In this document: positions 29,834 through 47,871 of the stretch, piece after piece | How positions within the stretch are numbered: position 1 is the stretch's first letter | Layout of the letters: each line of letters opens with the position of its first letter | DNA from: Auanema rhodensis | Lineage: Eukaryota; Animalia; Nematoda | DNA: 64,000 bases | Assembly (NCBI GenBank): GCA_964057225.1 | Contig: OZ059900.1 | Span: 5,704,001 to 5,768,000 of the forward strand | Direction: 5' to 3' | Notes under the pieces: model-generated | Told to the model about the DNA's origin: nothing | Seen by the model: the letters and a program-made list of their open reading frames with translations, nothing else | Databases searched by the model: none | Made by a program: the position numbers and the translations under genes

Positions 29834-31001
29834 TTGGAATTGTCTAGAAAGTAAATAATAAGTGGTATAATAAAGAGAAATTAAAAGAAAAGTTAAAAAG
29901 AAATAAAAGAGATTATGTTTTAATATCAATACTTATATTCAACAAAAAAACATGAGTAGGAAGTAATAATACAATAAACTTGTCGAAATAGAGTTCATGA
30001 ATCGAGACAAAAAAAAATTTGAGATATAAATAACATTTATCGCATTAGAATCATACATATTATCGTAATATTTCGTTATATAAAATATATAAAATGAAAA
30101 TTAATTCATGGTTTATAAATCAAAAGTTTTTAAAAAGGCCAAAAAATATATTGAAAAACTAAGAGCAAAGAACTAGCCTAATTATTTCGGTTAGCTCGTA
30201 CTTAGTCATACACTTAGTCTATAGGTCACATGTGATTCAGAAAATTTGGCGCACAAAAAAGAGGCTAAGAAAAAAACAGTGCACACTCCAGGTCGCAGGG
30301 TGAATAAATGAGGTCAAATCAATAATTCTCATATTGGTTCGTCATAATCAAACAGCAGATATATAATAGTATTTAGCTGAGCCAGGAATTGTAAGCTCCG
30401 CCCATTACGCGACGCACGTTATGCGATCGTGTCAAGACCAATTTCTGTATACGACCTATAGATGCAAAGGGTTATTATATTGGAACGATAAATGCATTTG
30501 AAACAAAGATCTACGGATATGTTCACAACTGCACAGTATCACAAAAAAGAATTAGCTGGCCAATATTATGACTTATAACATAATATTTGGCTTCGTCTAG
30601 TTGCCAGATTCGGTGATTATTGAATGGCTGCAGGCAATGTGTGTGGGCTGTTTTGTTATGTACTAATGCAAAAATCAATAAAGTTTAATGGCATTAGAAT
30701 TAAAAAATATATGATGTAGTTTCAAAGGAATCTGAATGGATATATAGTTCGAAGGTTTTCTTAACGTTTTAATTAAAATAATAAATATTAAATAAGCTTG
30801 GATTGAACAGTATTAAAGTAGCTCGGAACTATCTCACTAACATTACTTCGTGATTTCTTTTTTCACTCTCATATTAAATTATTTTTTAAACTCGGAATTA
30901 AAATGAATATCATAATGATAATATTTGTGTTTGTTTTTAAAATAAAAAATATGCGTAGAATATAAAATGAATTACATATACATATATACATTTAAACATA
31001 G

Positions 31002-31514
31002 TTAAGATAAAATATAAGCTTTTTTCCTGACGATACCTGTTGTCGTCATTGTTGATGGAACGTATTGTTTGGCTAACGCATTCATTGTTGACGCACTATC
31101 AGCCCTATTATTGAGAAAGATGGAGAAAGGATGCAAAGTTTTTTTCAAACAACTTTTCAACAAATGAAGATTCCGACAAGCCTCATGAGAGATTTCACGA
31201 TCACGTAAGCTACAAACTTTGATTTAAGCATTTTTGATAATACTACTATCCTAAATATTAAAATTATAAATAAAACTTTCTTAAAGCAGGCAAAAGATTA
31301 TTATTAGCTTTCATATCATTCAAAAGTACTATCATATTACAACTTATCATGTTTACATTAGCCTATGACAATTTTTCTGTTCTCCAGTTTTACAAACTGG
31401 CAGAGCACAGTTTCTAATGATGAGCGGCACAAGCCATTGGTAGGATGACAAAGAACATGATGCAAATTGCTGAAAATTGACCACAATATGATTAGGAAAT
31501 GCCGTCCTAGCCAT
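31002..31514 (-). CDS. Possible small two-exon orphan ORF (121 aa), unverified
   Basis: Exon 31514-31357 and exon 31209-31002 join in phase across gtaaac...tttgtag; both are GC-richer than flanks. A competing + strand model exists. Confidence 0.25.
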
Positions 31515-34042
31515 TACTTTTCAGATTTTTCATTTTCTTTCTTTCTATTTCCCCATTTCTAATTTTAAAATTTGTATAGCTACTGCTGTATGATTTATTG
31601 TTGGTATTCCTCAAGTTTATGATATATCTAGTTCTGTTGTTATTGAAAATTCATAAATTTAATCTTTTTTCCCGATTTTGCTGATTCTCTTTTTTGATTT
31701 GAATTTTTATAAAATAGAATATCGTAGAGAAGCTGTAGTCAAACTAACCAAATTGTTAGAGAAAGAAGCTGTAACAAAACACCATGACCATTTAGAGAAT
31801 GAGAGAACGGAAAGGAGAGTTGGGCGAAGATGAACCGAACAAAGTCAGAGAGAATACATTTAAAAGAAAAATGGATGAGAAAACTATAGATACACTGCTT
31901 AAAAGCAGGGAGGATAGATGGAGAGGATAGGAAGTGACAGCCAGCTTCTCTCAGCAGAAGGGAAAGGAAAAGAAGATGTTGGAGAGAGGGAACTATTGAA
32001 AACCCTCTTTGGCCTATTGATTCCAGTTATTGGTCTAACTAGCTAGAAGTATTGGGAGCAAGACAGCAGAGAGAAAAGAGACAAGGAAGCTAGAAAAGAA
32101 AGAGAAAATATATAGAGAATAACTTTTTTTAATCCATTTTGGTCACTTTGAAATGCAAGTATGAATTTATGTCTTGTTTTATATTCACTTTAGTTTATTT
32201 AAACATTATTTTACTTATATACATTACCCTATTTTTTGGTATTTTATACTTTTATATCAATCTAAGAGATTTAAATTGAATTAAATTATTTCATTTTATT
32301 TATTGCAAACATATAAATATCATCGAAATGGTGTAATTTTGATTAAAAAAAACGATAAAATATTTCAAAGTGATTCAAAAACCACACAAAAATATAATAT
32401 AATTGAGATGATGACACGTGGAAAAAAAGCGTAAACTATGCCATAATGTGAAAATTCGTATAAGATGACAGAGATTGGTCATATAATTCCTGAATGATAT
32501 TATAATTCTCTGTTTGCTTTATATTTATTACTTATTAAAAAAACTTTTATTTCTATTAATATGAAATGATTATTGAACAATATTGTTCATCGGCTTTTGT
32601 TATCATCTTCTTCTTATTTACTATTTCATAATGCTTTTTCGTATACGGCCTTGTTATCTTGATTCGCTTTGTATTTTCATTTTCTTTTCTAATATGAGAA
32701 ACATTTTATTTTCAATTTTGTTTCACGTTTTTTATTTATTCAAATTAGTAGATATTGCAGGTTATTACATTATTCTCAACAAGTACTGTGTAATAATAAA
32801 ATTGAAATATATGAGTAAATTTATTTATCTATCATTCTCTCACTATCTTGCCTTTCCCACCTTTTCAGTGTTCGCATATCTTGTCGATTTTAATTAATTA
32901 TTCTTCTTTTCCCTCTATCATAATTATCTTTTTATATCTTTACGTTTTCCCTGACATCGGTTGATATTTATCTGTGTTCTGGAATAATATTTTATACTGT
33001 ATTACTATTTTCTTACTTGTTAATTTATTTGATGTAAAAACAAATTTTTCTATTCCTCATATTTTCTTTATATTCACATTGTGACTGTTAAATTAGCCGG
33101 ATGTGGTTGTAAACTTTTGCATCTGTTTCTTACAATTGTGAAATAAGAGTAGTCAACGAATGATTGCCATCGGGACATTGAGCAGAAACCTATAGAAAAG
33201 CTTCAAAAAATTTTGAATAAAAGAAAAAAGGTTAAAATTGGCTTGAATACAGACATCCCACAGATGGTTTCATTGTATTAAAAAAAAGAAAGCAAGAATG
33301 ATGTAATAAAAGATAGAAAACGAGCATATATGATTATATGCAAGGTCAAATAAATATGATTTACATAAGAAATTCTTATTTTAGATTAGGTAATTGGCAA
33401 GATAATTATGATTTCAATGCTTGCCTTTTTTCATAAAAAAAACCGTTCAAAATTCTATACAATTTGATGGGCAAAGAGCGAGATCGAAAAAAGAGAGGAG
33501 GAGGGAATAGAAAGAGTAGAAGATGAAGAGAAAGAGAGATAGAAACATTTACTGAACAAACTCAACAGAGTGATGAGGATTGTCTGTAGGGATGTTAGAT
33601 ACTGGAGAGAATTAAGAGAGCGCAGCTGAAAGAGTAAGTATGCCAGTGAGAGAGGGAGAGACATACGACAGACTTTAGAACTGAACTGCCACTCTATAAC
33701 ATACTCTAGCTGTCTAACCTCTTCATCCGTTGTTTGTCTGCTATCTCTTACGTTACCTTGCATTATTTCGCGGTCTTTGCAATCACAGCATGCCAATCTA
33801 GTTTCTCTGACTCTTATGTTCTCCGTTCAGTTTGTGGGTACATATGTAGTCTCGCACTCTCCTCTCATTCTTTAGTCTCTCATTTCTTCTGACTGTGTAT
33901 GTCATGTATTTGGAGCTATAAAGACAATCGATAGCACTCTGTCTCGCTCGTTACAGCCTCTCACTCTCTGTCTCTCTTATCCGACTCTTCTTCTGTTCCA
34001 CTTTCATCTATCCTCCCGAAACACTACAGCTTAGGAATCGGA

Positions 34043-37000
34043 ATGGGTCAGTTTAACCTTTTCGGAATTATTTTAATCGATAACAATCTAATATTAAAAC
34101 TAGTAAACTATTTCGAAATACTCATCTTGTAAAAATTATTTGCATTAACTATGTAATATTTGGCTTATTTACTTTCATGTAGAATGCGTCATTTATGACG
34201 AGTAGTGTTGTATTAAGTGATATAGTCGATAAACGTTTACACTGAGCAGAAAGTTTCAACAGAAATTTTGCAATTATCATATTTATTGATATATAAATAA
34301 ATTTATTCATATACAGATTTGTTTTTTATAACAAATTCAATTTACAGGAAAGAAATGCGATGTATGTAGAAAGAAGTGTTCGGGAGATGTATTGAAAGTA
34401 AATGATAAATACTTTCATATAGCCTGTTTTCAATGTAAAAGTAAGTAAAACTATATTTTAATTAATATTAGTAAATTTTAATAATTTATTGCATTTTATT
34501 TTAATCTTTTATAATTTACATTTCCATTAAAACATGCATATTCTTGTATTTTGGTCTTATTCATTCGTATTCTAAGTCATAAGCAGATAAGCATCTGGGT
34601 CTCAACCCTCAAATGCCAGTCTAGAACAGCATAGCAATTGAATTATACAAGACAATATGTCACATCTGTAATTTCATAATAATTTTATTTAGTTATGAAC
34701 ATTATATTTTATTCAATTTTCAATTTTTTTTTCTCATATTTGAACAATTCTTTAGTACAATGTCTGTTAAAACAGATATCTATCGCAGTTATTTATTTTA
34801 CAAAAATTCTCTGAAATGAATTTGCAATCTAACCTCTTGGAACCGAAAATCTTTCAAAACCTGTTTGATTTTCTATTATTTACACATATCAATTCTAATT
34901 ATTCTCTAGTTTTTTGTATACAACGCTTTCGTGATGAAAGTTTAAGAAAAATTAAAAGATTCAATCATGAAAGACAAAAATAATGTACTTTCTGAACATC
35001 ATGCATAGCTTTCAAGTTTCTTGATTGATAACACTTTCTTTCTTTTTTTCTCATCTCAAATATATGAGTCAATGTTTTCTAAACAATCTAATCTAGTTAT
35101 TGAAACATATTAATATTTTTCGAGATGAATCTCAGTTATCATAACTTACATATCCATTTTTACAGAATGCAAGCGTCTGTTAGGCGAATCTGGATATTAT
35201 CAAACATCAGATGGTTCATATCTCTGCCCAGATGATTATAGGGGTCTAAGCAAAGAGCAACGCGAAACTGCTCCATCTACACCAGCAAAAACAGTTGAGA
35301 AGATTCAAAGTGGTAAGAGTCGTGATAGTTCGCCAACAAAATCACCTCAACCACCACTATCACCCACCTCAGCATCGAAATCGGATGTATCAACAAGTGA
35401 GTAGTAGATATTTATATTTTTCTCGTTCAATTTGATATTCATGAACAATTTTAAACTAGTTTCTTTTGGTATTTTTAAAAAAATTAAAAAATAGATATTG
35501 AAATACCTACGCCAAATCTCTTCAATTATTGTTGAATTTGGTATGGTTTTTGAATCAATCACGTATATAATCCAATCAGCAATAATCTATTTGTTCACTC
35601 TGCGATATTGAACATTGAAAGTGTCTTGTCTCGAGATGAATACAGTATACTATGTAATTAAGCTTGCGCTGCTTGTACTCAACCACTTGCTCAAGGACAA
35701 GCTTTATTAGCTCTCAATCAGTCATGGCACGTATTCTGTTTCAAGTGCAGGTAATATTTTATATAATAATATAAATAAAACTAAATATATATTTGTGCAC
35801 ATTAATATTAAATGCATTTGAACGTATAGATGGAATATATATTTTTGTAGTGAATGTGCGGCTATTCTTCATGGCGAATACATGAGTCACGATGGACAAC
35901 CATTATGTCTACGTGATTATAACGAGAAGCATGGTGTTAAATGCTATGAGTGTCACAAATTCATTGCTGGGAAAGTTCTTCAGGTAAATTATCATTCATT
36001 ATACGTTTCATTAACTCACTCATAAATATTTTCCCATATCCAAACCAGGAGATATAATTTACATAAATTGTAATAAATCTTAACGTATATAAATATATAT
36101 GTAGATTAATTATATTTTCTAACAATCATTTTATATATACTATGTGTATAAATTAAGAAATATATAATTATTCACCTTTGTAACAATTTAAATATATTAG
36201 TTGTATGTTAAACGGTTAGCCTGCTCTAGGTGGTATGCTACAATACATGATTTTTATAATATCTGATCGCAAAATTCATTCATATTTATTATTCTGAACA
36301 TTATCTACCCACTAATTAATTTTTTTCTTCTTTATGTATAGTTTAACAACCTATAAATATTGCAGGCCGGAAATTATCGTTTCCATCCTACATGCGCTAG
36401 ATGTACAAGATGTGGACTTCACTTTGGTGGAGGGGAGGAAATGTATATGCAAGGAGACGAAATATGGCATCCATCATGCGAACATTCTCGAACAACCGAG
36501 AATATTGCTGTACGTTTATATTTTTATTTGAAAATGCAAAAAAAAACTCTCTAACCAACGTATTGAAAAAACATTAAAATTCAAAAAAAAAAATTAAAAT
36601 ATTAAACTGTAGCAGTAGACAGAAAATTTCTATATTGTGTAAAGCAAGAACACTATGCAATAGCAAAAGAATAAGAATACAACATTTGTTTATAACGATA
36701 TTCAATGAATCATGAGCGCAAGCTTGCTTGGATATATAAATATCATTTTTCTATAAACAGTGTCACAGAGTTTGTATCAAAACAATACGTTTTACATTAC
36801 AGCCAACAGCAAAAGGAACAACTTCGTTCAGTATGAAGGAAGTTAAATATCCTTCTTCATTTGGTCAGCATACCATCTACATGTATTTGATGCCTGAACC
36901 GGAACTCACGTACATTCGTCATCCAGCAACTAACACCAAAGAACCTAATGCTCCTCAGTATCATGTTCCACAAGGTGCTATATTGTATTTTGTTCAATTT

Positions 37001-38404
37001 TTATAGTAACTGGATATTTATAGGTCCAATTAAAATTCGCAAGTCTCGTCTTGCTGTACTGAAGACTGGTATGCAAAGATTAGGTAAGTGAAAATTAAGC
37101 GAATGATTTGTTATATAACAATCTAACATGATGAATAATATAATTTATAATTTGCAGCTGAGGACTTGGAAAAGGACATGCCACGTCCAAAGTCTCCTCA
37201 TATGTGTAATGAAGAGCCAATTGAATTAGCTCACTATCCTGCTGGACATGCACCAGATCCAAATCAAGTATGTTTTTGATAATATTGATGAAACTTGTTT
37301 CTTAACAACCTTGTTTAGCCAGCAGCTATTGAGCGAGATGATTTCCCAGCTCCACCATATCCATATGCTGTTGAAGAACTGAAGAGACGATTATCTACTT
37401 CATCCATTGAGAATGAAATTTCCGATGATGAATCTGATGCTGAAAATGTCGATGAAGAAAAGATGAAGAAAACAGTGAAGGAACTAGAAAAGTATGAGGA
37501 TTCTTCAATAGCACACGTTATCAAACAAAATATTGAAGAAGCTACAAAGCGTCAACGGTTTGTTTTTAATAATTGTTTCTTAACTATACTTTTAATTGTA
37601 GTCTTCCATTGCATTGGGATCCTCGTAATGCTAGTAGAACACCATCAGCCAAAAAAATGCCTCATCTTCGTTTCCGATATGAAGTACCAATCAATGCTTG
37701 TAATACTTTTTCAGATTTTAATAAATCATGAAATTGTTATGTTTCAGCTCCCTCACGACATATGAGTCGACCGAGACCTTGGGTTGCTTGGCAAGGAGGA
37801 GAGAAAAACCAAGGCAACACTTTACCTTGTTTCCATATTCCAGAAAGCGCAGGTAAAAAACTATGGTATTAAAAATGACTATTATTTTCAAATTTAGCGA
37901 ATACATTACGCGCTTCAACTTTACCGGGTCGATGTATGTACGGGCACCAATCGATGGAAAATCTCGAAATGGCTGCAAATGGAAATGCTTATGAAGGTAG
38001 TGTTTGTTCTTTTAACAGGTATTTCAATATTGTATTTAGCATCTGGATCAGCAACTTTGGGAGGCCATTCGGATCAAATGAAAGTTGGTGGCGATATGCG
38101 AACACCATTGCGATCATCACTCCCAGATATGAGCAAACCCGTAAAAACTTACTCCTTAACAGAACTTCAAACAACAAATAAGTCTATGCCCCCAGAAGTT
38201 GATAGGTAAGTATTTTTAAAATGAATCAGCTGCACATATGAATTGCTACAAAATTATTAATGAATTTTAACTTTCAGGCAACACTTGGAACGACATTTAA
38301 CGCGTGATGAATTTGAAAACGTATTTAATATGAGCCCCATTGAATTTTACAAGCTACCTGAATGGAAGCGAATTAATTTAAAGCGCAAAGCTCGGCTTTT
38401 TTAG
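34043..38404 (+). CDS. unc-115: Actin-binding LIM protein (LIM domains plus villin headpiece)
   Basis: MGKKCDVCRKKCSGDVLKVNDKYFH; further LIMs (CAACTQPL..WHVFCFKC, CYECHKFIAGKVLQ-AGNYRFHPTCARC); IERDDFPAPPYPYAVEELKRR; C-terminal LERHLTRDEFENVFNMSPIEFYKLPEWKRINLKRKARLF*. Confidence 0.95.
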
Positions 38405-40481
38405 ATTCCAGTGCAAACCAGATAATAGAAAATCAATAACAATCCTATCATCAATTTTATATATGTTAAACAGCATGCTTGTTCCGCCTAAGCCTTAAAC
38501 AACGTCGTCGAGATTGAAATTGCAAATACTTTTTTCACAAATCTTGAACTAAACGGCATTCTATTTTTAATAGTTTTTAGCACTCCACAGAGATATGATA
38601 CATATAAAAAATTGGATTTGCAGCGAAAAGTCATTAGTTTTGAGATTTTTTTAAAGTTTGAACAAATGATACAAGCTTCAAAATGTTTTCATTTTAGTTA
38701 GTTTTCATGTAATCCTCTGAACATTTTGGAGCTTTTTCTTATTGTTTGCTATCAAACTATAGTCATAATGCATTGTATTTATATACTATAATATTATTTA
38801 TTTCAACATCGTGTAGGATATTTTTAATTGATTTATTTCTTGAAACTAATGATTTGTAGCTATCAAGCCAAAAATAGCTTTATTTTGAATTTTGAATGCT
38901 CATTGCATCGAGTGTTATGGAAAGTATTTGTAACTTCATACATACAATTTTCGAATTTGCTAATTTTGTGGAACAAAATTAGTAATTTTATGTTTAAAAC
39001 ATAGAAACATGAAAATGTCCACAGTGCCCTGTTTTCCTTTGCCAAATATAGCTTTTGTTTGTTATTGAAAATAAAAGGTCTGCCGCGCCAATTTGTTTTC
39101 ATTCTTGAGATATTTGCGAATATTTTAGAGAGTCATTTCAGAAAAGTTGATTATTTGGGCAAAATACTTACTTTGCTCTAAATACAGCTTCTCCTCAACA
39201 AAATTAACGTAGTTTCAATTTGAAGAAAAAAAAACAACATTTGTACTTTAAGTTAGCGGATTGCGTTGAACTAGAATTAATCAAATAATTTGGTACATCG
39301 GAGATCTCAGATGGTAACAAAAGTATAAGATCAATGTCCAAACTCTTGTATGAAAATAAAAAAAAATTGTTTGATCATTGAAGCAATTTCAATATGTTCA
39401 AATAATTAGTAAAAATCTTGGTAGAATGAGAGTACTGAAAGTTTTAACAATTCAATTAAAATTCATCATTTCATTGTTGTAATGCAAACTTTGTTCAAAA
39501 AGTTTTTTTTTGTTGTAAATATTTACTATTCGATCAATTCCAAATCTGTTTGAACAATAATACCCACTTTTCAATTGTTTCGACAAATTGAAGATATTTG
39601 AAGCTGAAGAAGATTCAAAACTATTCAAAACCATTACAAGTAAAAAGTGGTTCATGAGTGAATTCGAAAGCAGAAAATAAACAAAGTTTGTAAGAAAACT
39701 AGTTATATTTCTCATATTTCTCATATTATCTATGTGTCCATGCGTTTTAAAATATAGTTAACTGCTTACTCAAATTGTTTTTGTATTCAACTCCATGTTT
39801 ATCATAAACAAAACAAAAGATTTATCTTCGGCCAGCACAAAGGTTAAAATTTTCATATTTCATATGAACAAAGCTCTTCCGGAAATTTTATTTGTTTTAT
39901 CTAAGAAAACGTATCAAATGAACGTAACTCAAAAATAAAAAAGCTGTACTTTAAGCTTTTATACTGAATACTGAACTTGAATTAATTTTCAGGCTTGTTT
40001 CATTAAATTCTAAAACACTCGAAGATCTCAAGAAAATGTTCTCCAAGTTCTCTCAGATAGATAGAAACCTAAAAGAAAATGTAATTATTCCGTGAATTAG
40101 ATGAAGAATACGGAAAAGTTTCAAATGGCAACATGTGTTATGTTAAGATGAGAAGAGGAACATAGAAATAGAGATATGATGGAAGAACTGAGAGACAACC
40201 GGGAAAATAGTTGTGTCAGGAGGGAGAACAGAGAAAATAGTTGTGAGTTAATTTAGTCGGCAAAAATGGTTCAGTTGGAATCATCTTCCTCAAAAGAGAA
40301 GTTTCTTTTTGAATTCATGTTTCTAGTAGTCCAATAGGTAACAATTAAAGTATTGGACCCTACTTTAACTTAAATATGATATTATAAGCAATTAAGTAGT
40401 CATCTATATATTGTTTTATTATTACATTTATTGTGCTTTCTGCTCTATGCCACTAGAAATATTTTCAGATTTGAAACAAAA

Positions 40482-41682
40482 ATGAAAGACAAAACTAAAT
40501 TTGTTGAAGAAATAATTGCATCCCATAATAAGAGAAGGAAAACGGTATGGTCATTATTTTATAATTATAATTTCATTTTTTTGATGGAATCAAGCTCTTT
40601 TGTAGTAAAAATTTGATTCACATTCAATATTCACATGACAAGTTAAGTATATATTTGTATATACTATATATATGATCTAAGTTTTCTAGTACTCTAAACA
40701 ACTATAAAAACTTTTCCAATTCATGCAACATGTTTCAACTTTGATTAAATTCCAAATGTTCATTAGTGTTCTGAAGAGAATTTCTCAACTTGATGAGACT
40801 ATAAAGCGGAATCAATTTCTTAGGTTGACTGCTAAGTAACAATTCCTATAGATGTTTCAACACTTGCCTTAATTGATTTAGATTGTGTTCTAAATAACTT
40901 GAAATGTTCAATTCAGTTGATATCCATAAAAACGAAAAGAACATAGTGTTTAATAGTTAACGCTGGCTATTACAAATAAATTGTTTGCCTGTTTAAGAAT
41001 GTATTGTGTTTGTTGACATGCTATTATTCGGTGTTTTTATAGCATGGATGTCCAGATTTAAAACATAATTCTGAACTTGGTGAACAAGCTCAAGAATGGG
41101 CAGATAAAATAGCAACTAAAGGCTATGTATCTTACTGTGAAACAGCTGGAGTTGGTGAAAATATCACGATTTTCCCACCAAATCTGCAGCCAGATAAAAG
41201 TATGTTATTTCAAAATTTTGTGAGATATTATCTACGTCATGGTTGAAACTTGTTGGCTGTTTAGTTGTAGAACATTGGTATTCCGAACATGAGAAATATG
41301 AATATGAAACGCCAGGTTGGCAAGAGGGAACAAGCTACTTCACACAAATGATTTGGAAATCCACCAAAGAGGTTTTGATATATAACGCTTCAAAGATCAC
41401 AGCAATATTTCAGATAGGAATTGGTAGATCGGTCATTGATGCCGACAAGTTCAATTCGCCAATCTCCCAATGGTTAGTGAGATTAAATAGATCTATTGTC
41501 ATAAATGTATTTGATTAAGCAACAAAATATTCGATAAATTGGAAGTTATTGTGGCTTTTTATCGACCAGCAGGCAATAACAATCGGGATGGATTATTCGC
41601 TATCAATGTATTGAAACCAAAATATGTGCCAATGAGTATTGTCGATCACATTGTTGAGCCGGCATTAGAAATACCATTCTAA
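40482..41682 (+). CDS. CAP/SCP superfamily protein, GAPR-1/GLIPR2-like, no evident signal peptide
   Basis: IIASHNKRRKTHGCPDL, AQEWADKIA, GVGENI, VEHWYSEHEKYEY, FTQMIWKSTKEIGIG, IVAFYRPAGN. Start codon uncertain (possible upstream exon near 40266-40337). Confidence 0.85.
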
Positions 41683-41752
41683 TATAATTAAACATATATT
41701 TTTTATTATACAAAGTTATATTATATAATATAATTAAGACGAGATTGTTATT

Positions 41753-41769
41753 ATCTATCTATCTATCTA

Positions 41770-41806
<37 letters not shown>
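41753..41806. repeat. Compound microsatellite (ATCT)5(AT)17
   Basis: Read directly, ~70 nt after the CAP gene stop. Confidence 0.95.
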
Positions 41807-41808
<2 letters not shown>

Positions 41809-43937
41809 TAATAATATATATAAAATACTATTTCATACTTGTAATCATACATTCAGTTTTTAATCTGCATTATTTTTTATTTTTTTATTTAATAAATATG
41901 TTCAAATATTAATGTTTATCGGTGCTCAATACAATGAAATACTTCTAGTTAAACAAGGTGTCTTTTAATACTACAAAGGCATGTAGAGAAATTGTTTTCA
42001 TCTCTTCAAAATCCGGACGGATTTGAGTTTTTTTCTCAATTTAAAGCCGATAAATAGATCTTCTTCAGGAAAAAGCGCTTCTCGTTTGCCATACTTCTCG
42101 TTATCCCAATTCTTTCGATTCTAAAATCTTTCGCTAGTTTTCTATTTTTCTCCTATCGTTTTCATGCTGTTAGCCGTCACGCATTCATCGACGAATTGGA
42201 AAAATTGTCGATCTGTTCATTCGCACAACGTTTAGAGTGCGCAGGGCAAGTGGGCGAAACCTGATTGACATGAAGGCGGATGTTTCTCAATGCTACTTGA
42301 TATTGGTCCTGCTTTTCCTGCTTGGGAGTTGCTACTCTTTCAAGTATGGTACAGAGAAAATATAGATAGAAAAGTAACGGAAAAAAATAAGATATTTAGA
42401 GAATGAAAACATGCCGACTAGATAGAGTGATGAAGCAAGAAAATAGAATAAATAGTTATGATGTATCAAAAAAGTTTTGAAGAGAAGTAGTTTTAAACAA
42501 CACAGTCTTCCCAATAAGAATGAACTTCATTGTTGGATTTCATCTTATAGTTGACTTGGATAGACTTGGAAAACACAAGAATTGAGACAAAGTAATCAAA
42601 GTTAACGGGTTTTTCAAAACTTCAATATCAAGCATACTGTTGTTGCTTTTGTTTTCATTTTATTTATCACATGCATGAAATGAATAATTCGTTTATAACT
42701 AATGGTAAGATGATATCATTATATAAACAGTCTTATCATTTAATTTTGTTTCTATACGTATGAATCATACTTGACAAAAGTACTCAGCTGAACATGTTTC
42801 TATTCTGATTATCCATAGTATTCAATAGGTCACACTATCTATTACATACCGTATCTTTAAAATATATATTTATTATGTATTCTAACTGTATTATTACTTA
42901 TATTCAATTTGAATAGTATGTCGATTTTTCTTTCTTATGAAGATTGAATAAAGTAATTTGTACTAAAGAACATTTTGTGACAAATTATATCTGGCAATGA
43001 GAGATGAAGTCAGAACAGTAACGAGACAAAAGAGAGGAAAGAGAAAAGATGAACTAGAAAAGAGGCAACGTGATTGGAAAGATTGTTTATGAAAGCGAAA
43101 TCTATATATGAATACCGATTTCTCTTTCATACGAAAAGACAAATCATAATTCATGACATTCCATTGATGCTACATAGATATTAAACCCATATCGGTTTAA
43201 TTCTATAGTATTAACAGTAATACATGAAAAAATACAACAGAACATGAGATTTGTTTCTAGTTTGTTGAGACTACAAAAAAACATTTAATGAACAATTTTT
43301 GAAACAACGTTCCATATAAATGTATCGAGATATTTTTTCTTGACACAAATATAAATATTTATCAATGATTAGAATCATGTATTATAATCTTTTGGGCTTT
43401 TTTCTAAACTTTTTTTTTGCCTTTGATGTATCATATACGCTTTCCAATTAGAATTGGTTTTTTTAAAAGAAATTGTTTAAGCTTCCTTATTCTTTTCCTA
43501 ATAAAATGTGATAGTTCCAATGACATTATACGGAATCAATAATTAAAATCGAATTTTCATTAATTCGTATTATATGTTTCTCTTCTTGTTGTATAGTATC
43601 TTCCTGAATTCATGTTCACACATCCCCATAATACCTGCCCTATCATGGTGGAATCTTTTTGCGCGAACCATTTCATCTGTTTTCCCATGGCAGTTGTGTT
43701 AGCCAATACTCTCCTCCCCTTCTCCGTCTGCAGGTGATGCTTAATGATCATTTGACTGTAAAGAGACGAGGAGGGTTGGATAAGCAAAGCAGAATCTGAT
43801 CTGTGTGGCTTCAGAATCGTTAGTTCTGGCTTTTCCCTTCGTTCTGCTAGATTTGAAACAACAAGCTGCGGTGTCTGTAATAGAAGACGTAGAGCCGGTT
43901 TGCTAATTGTTCGTCTAGTGACCCATTCGTAAGCATC

Positions 43938-47871
<3,934 letters not shown>

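Noticed and set aside
38486-38495. gcctaagcct and other isolated TTAGGC hexamers as telomere-addition or DNA-elimination sites
   Set aside because: Under two repeat units; expected by chance and no supporting motif recognised.
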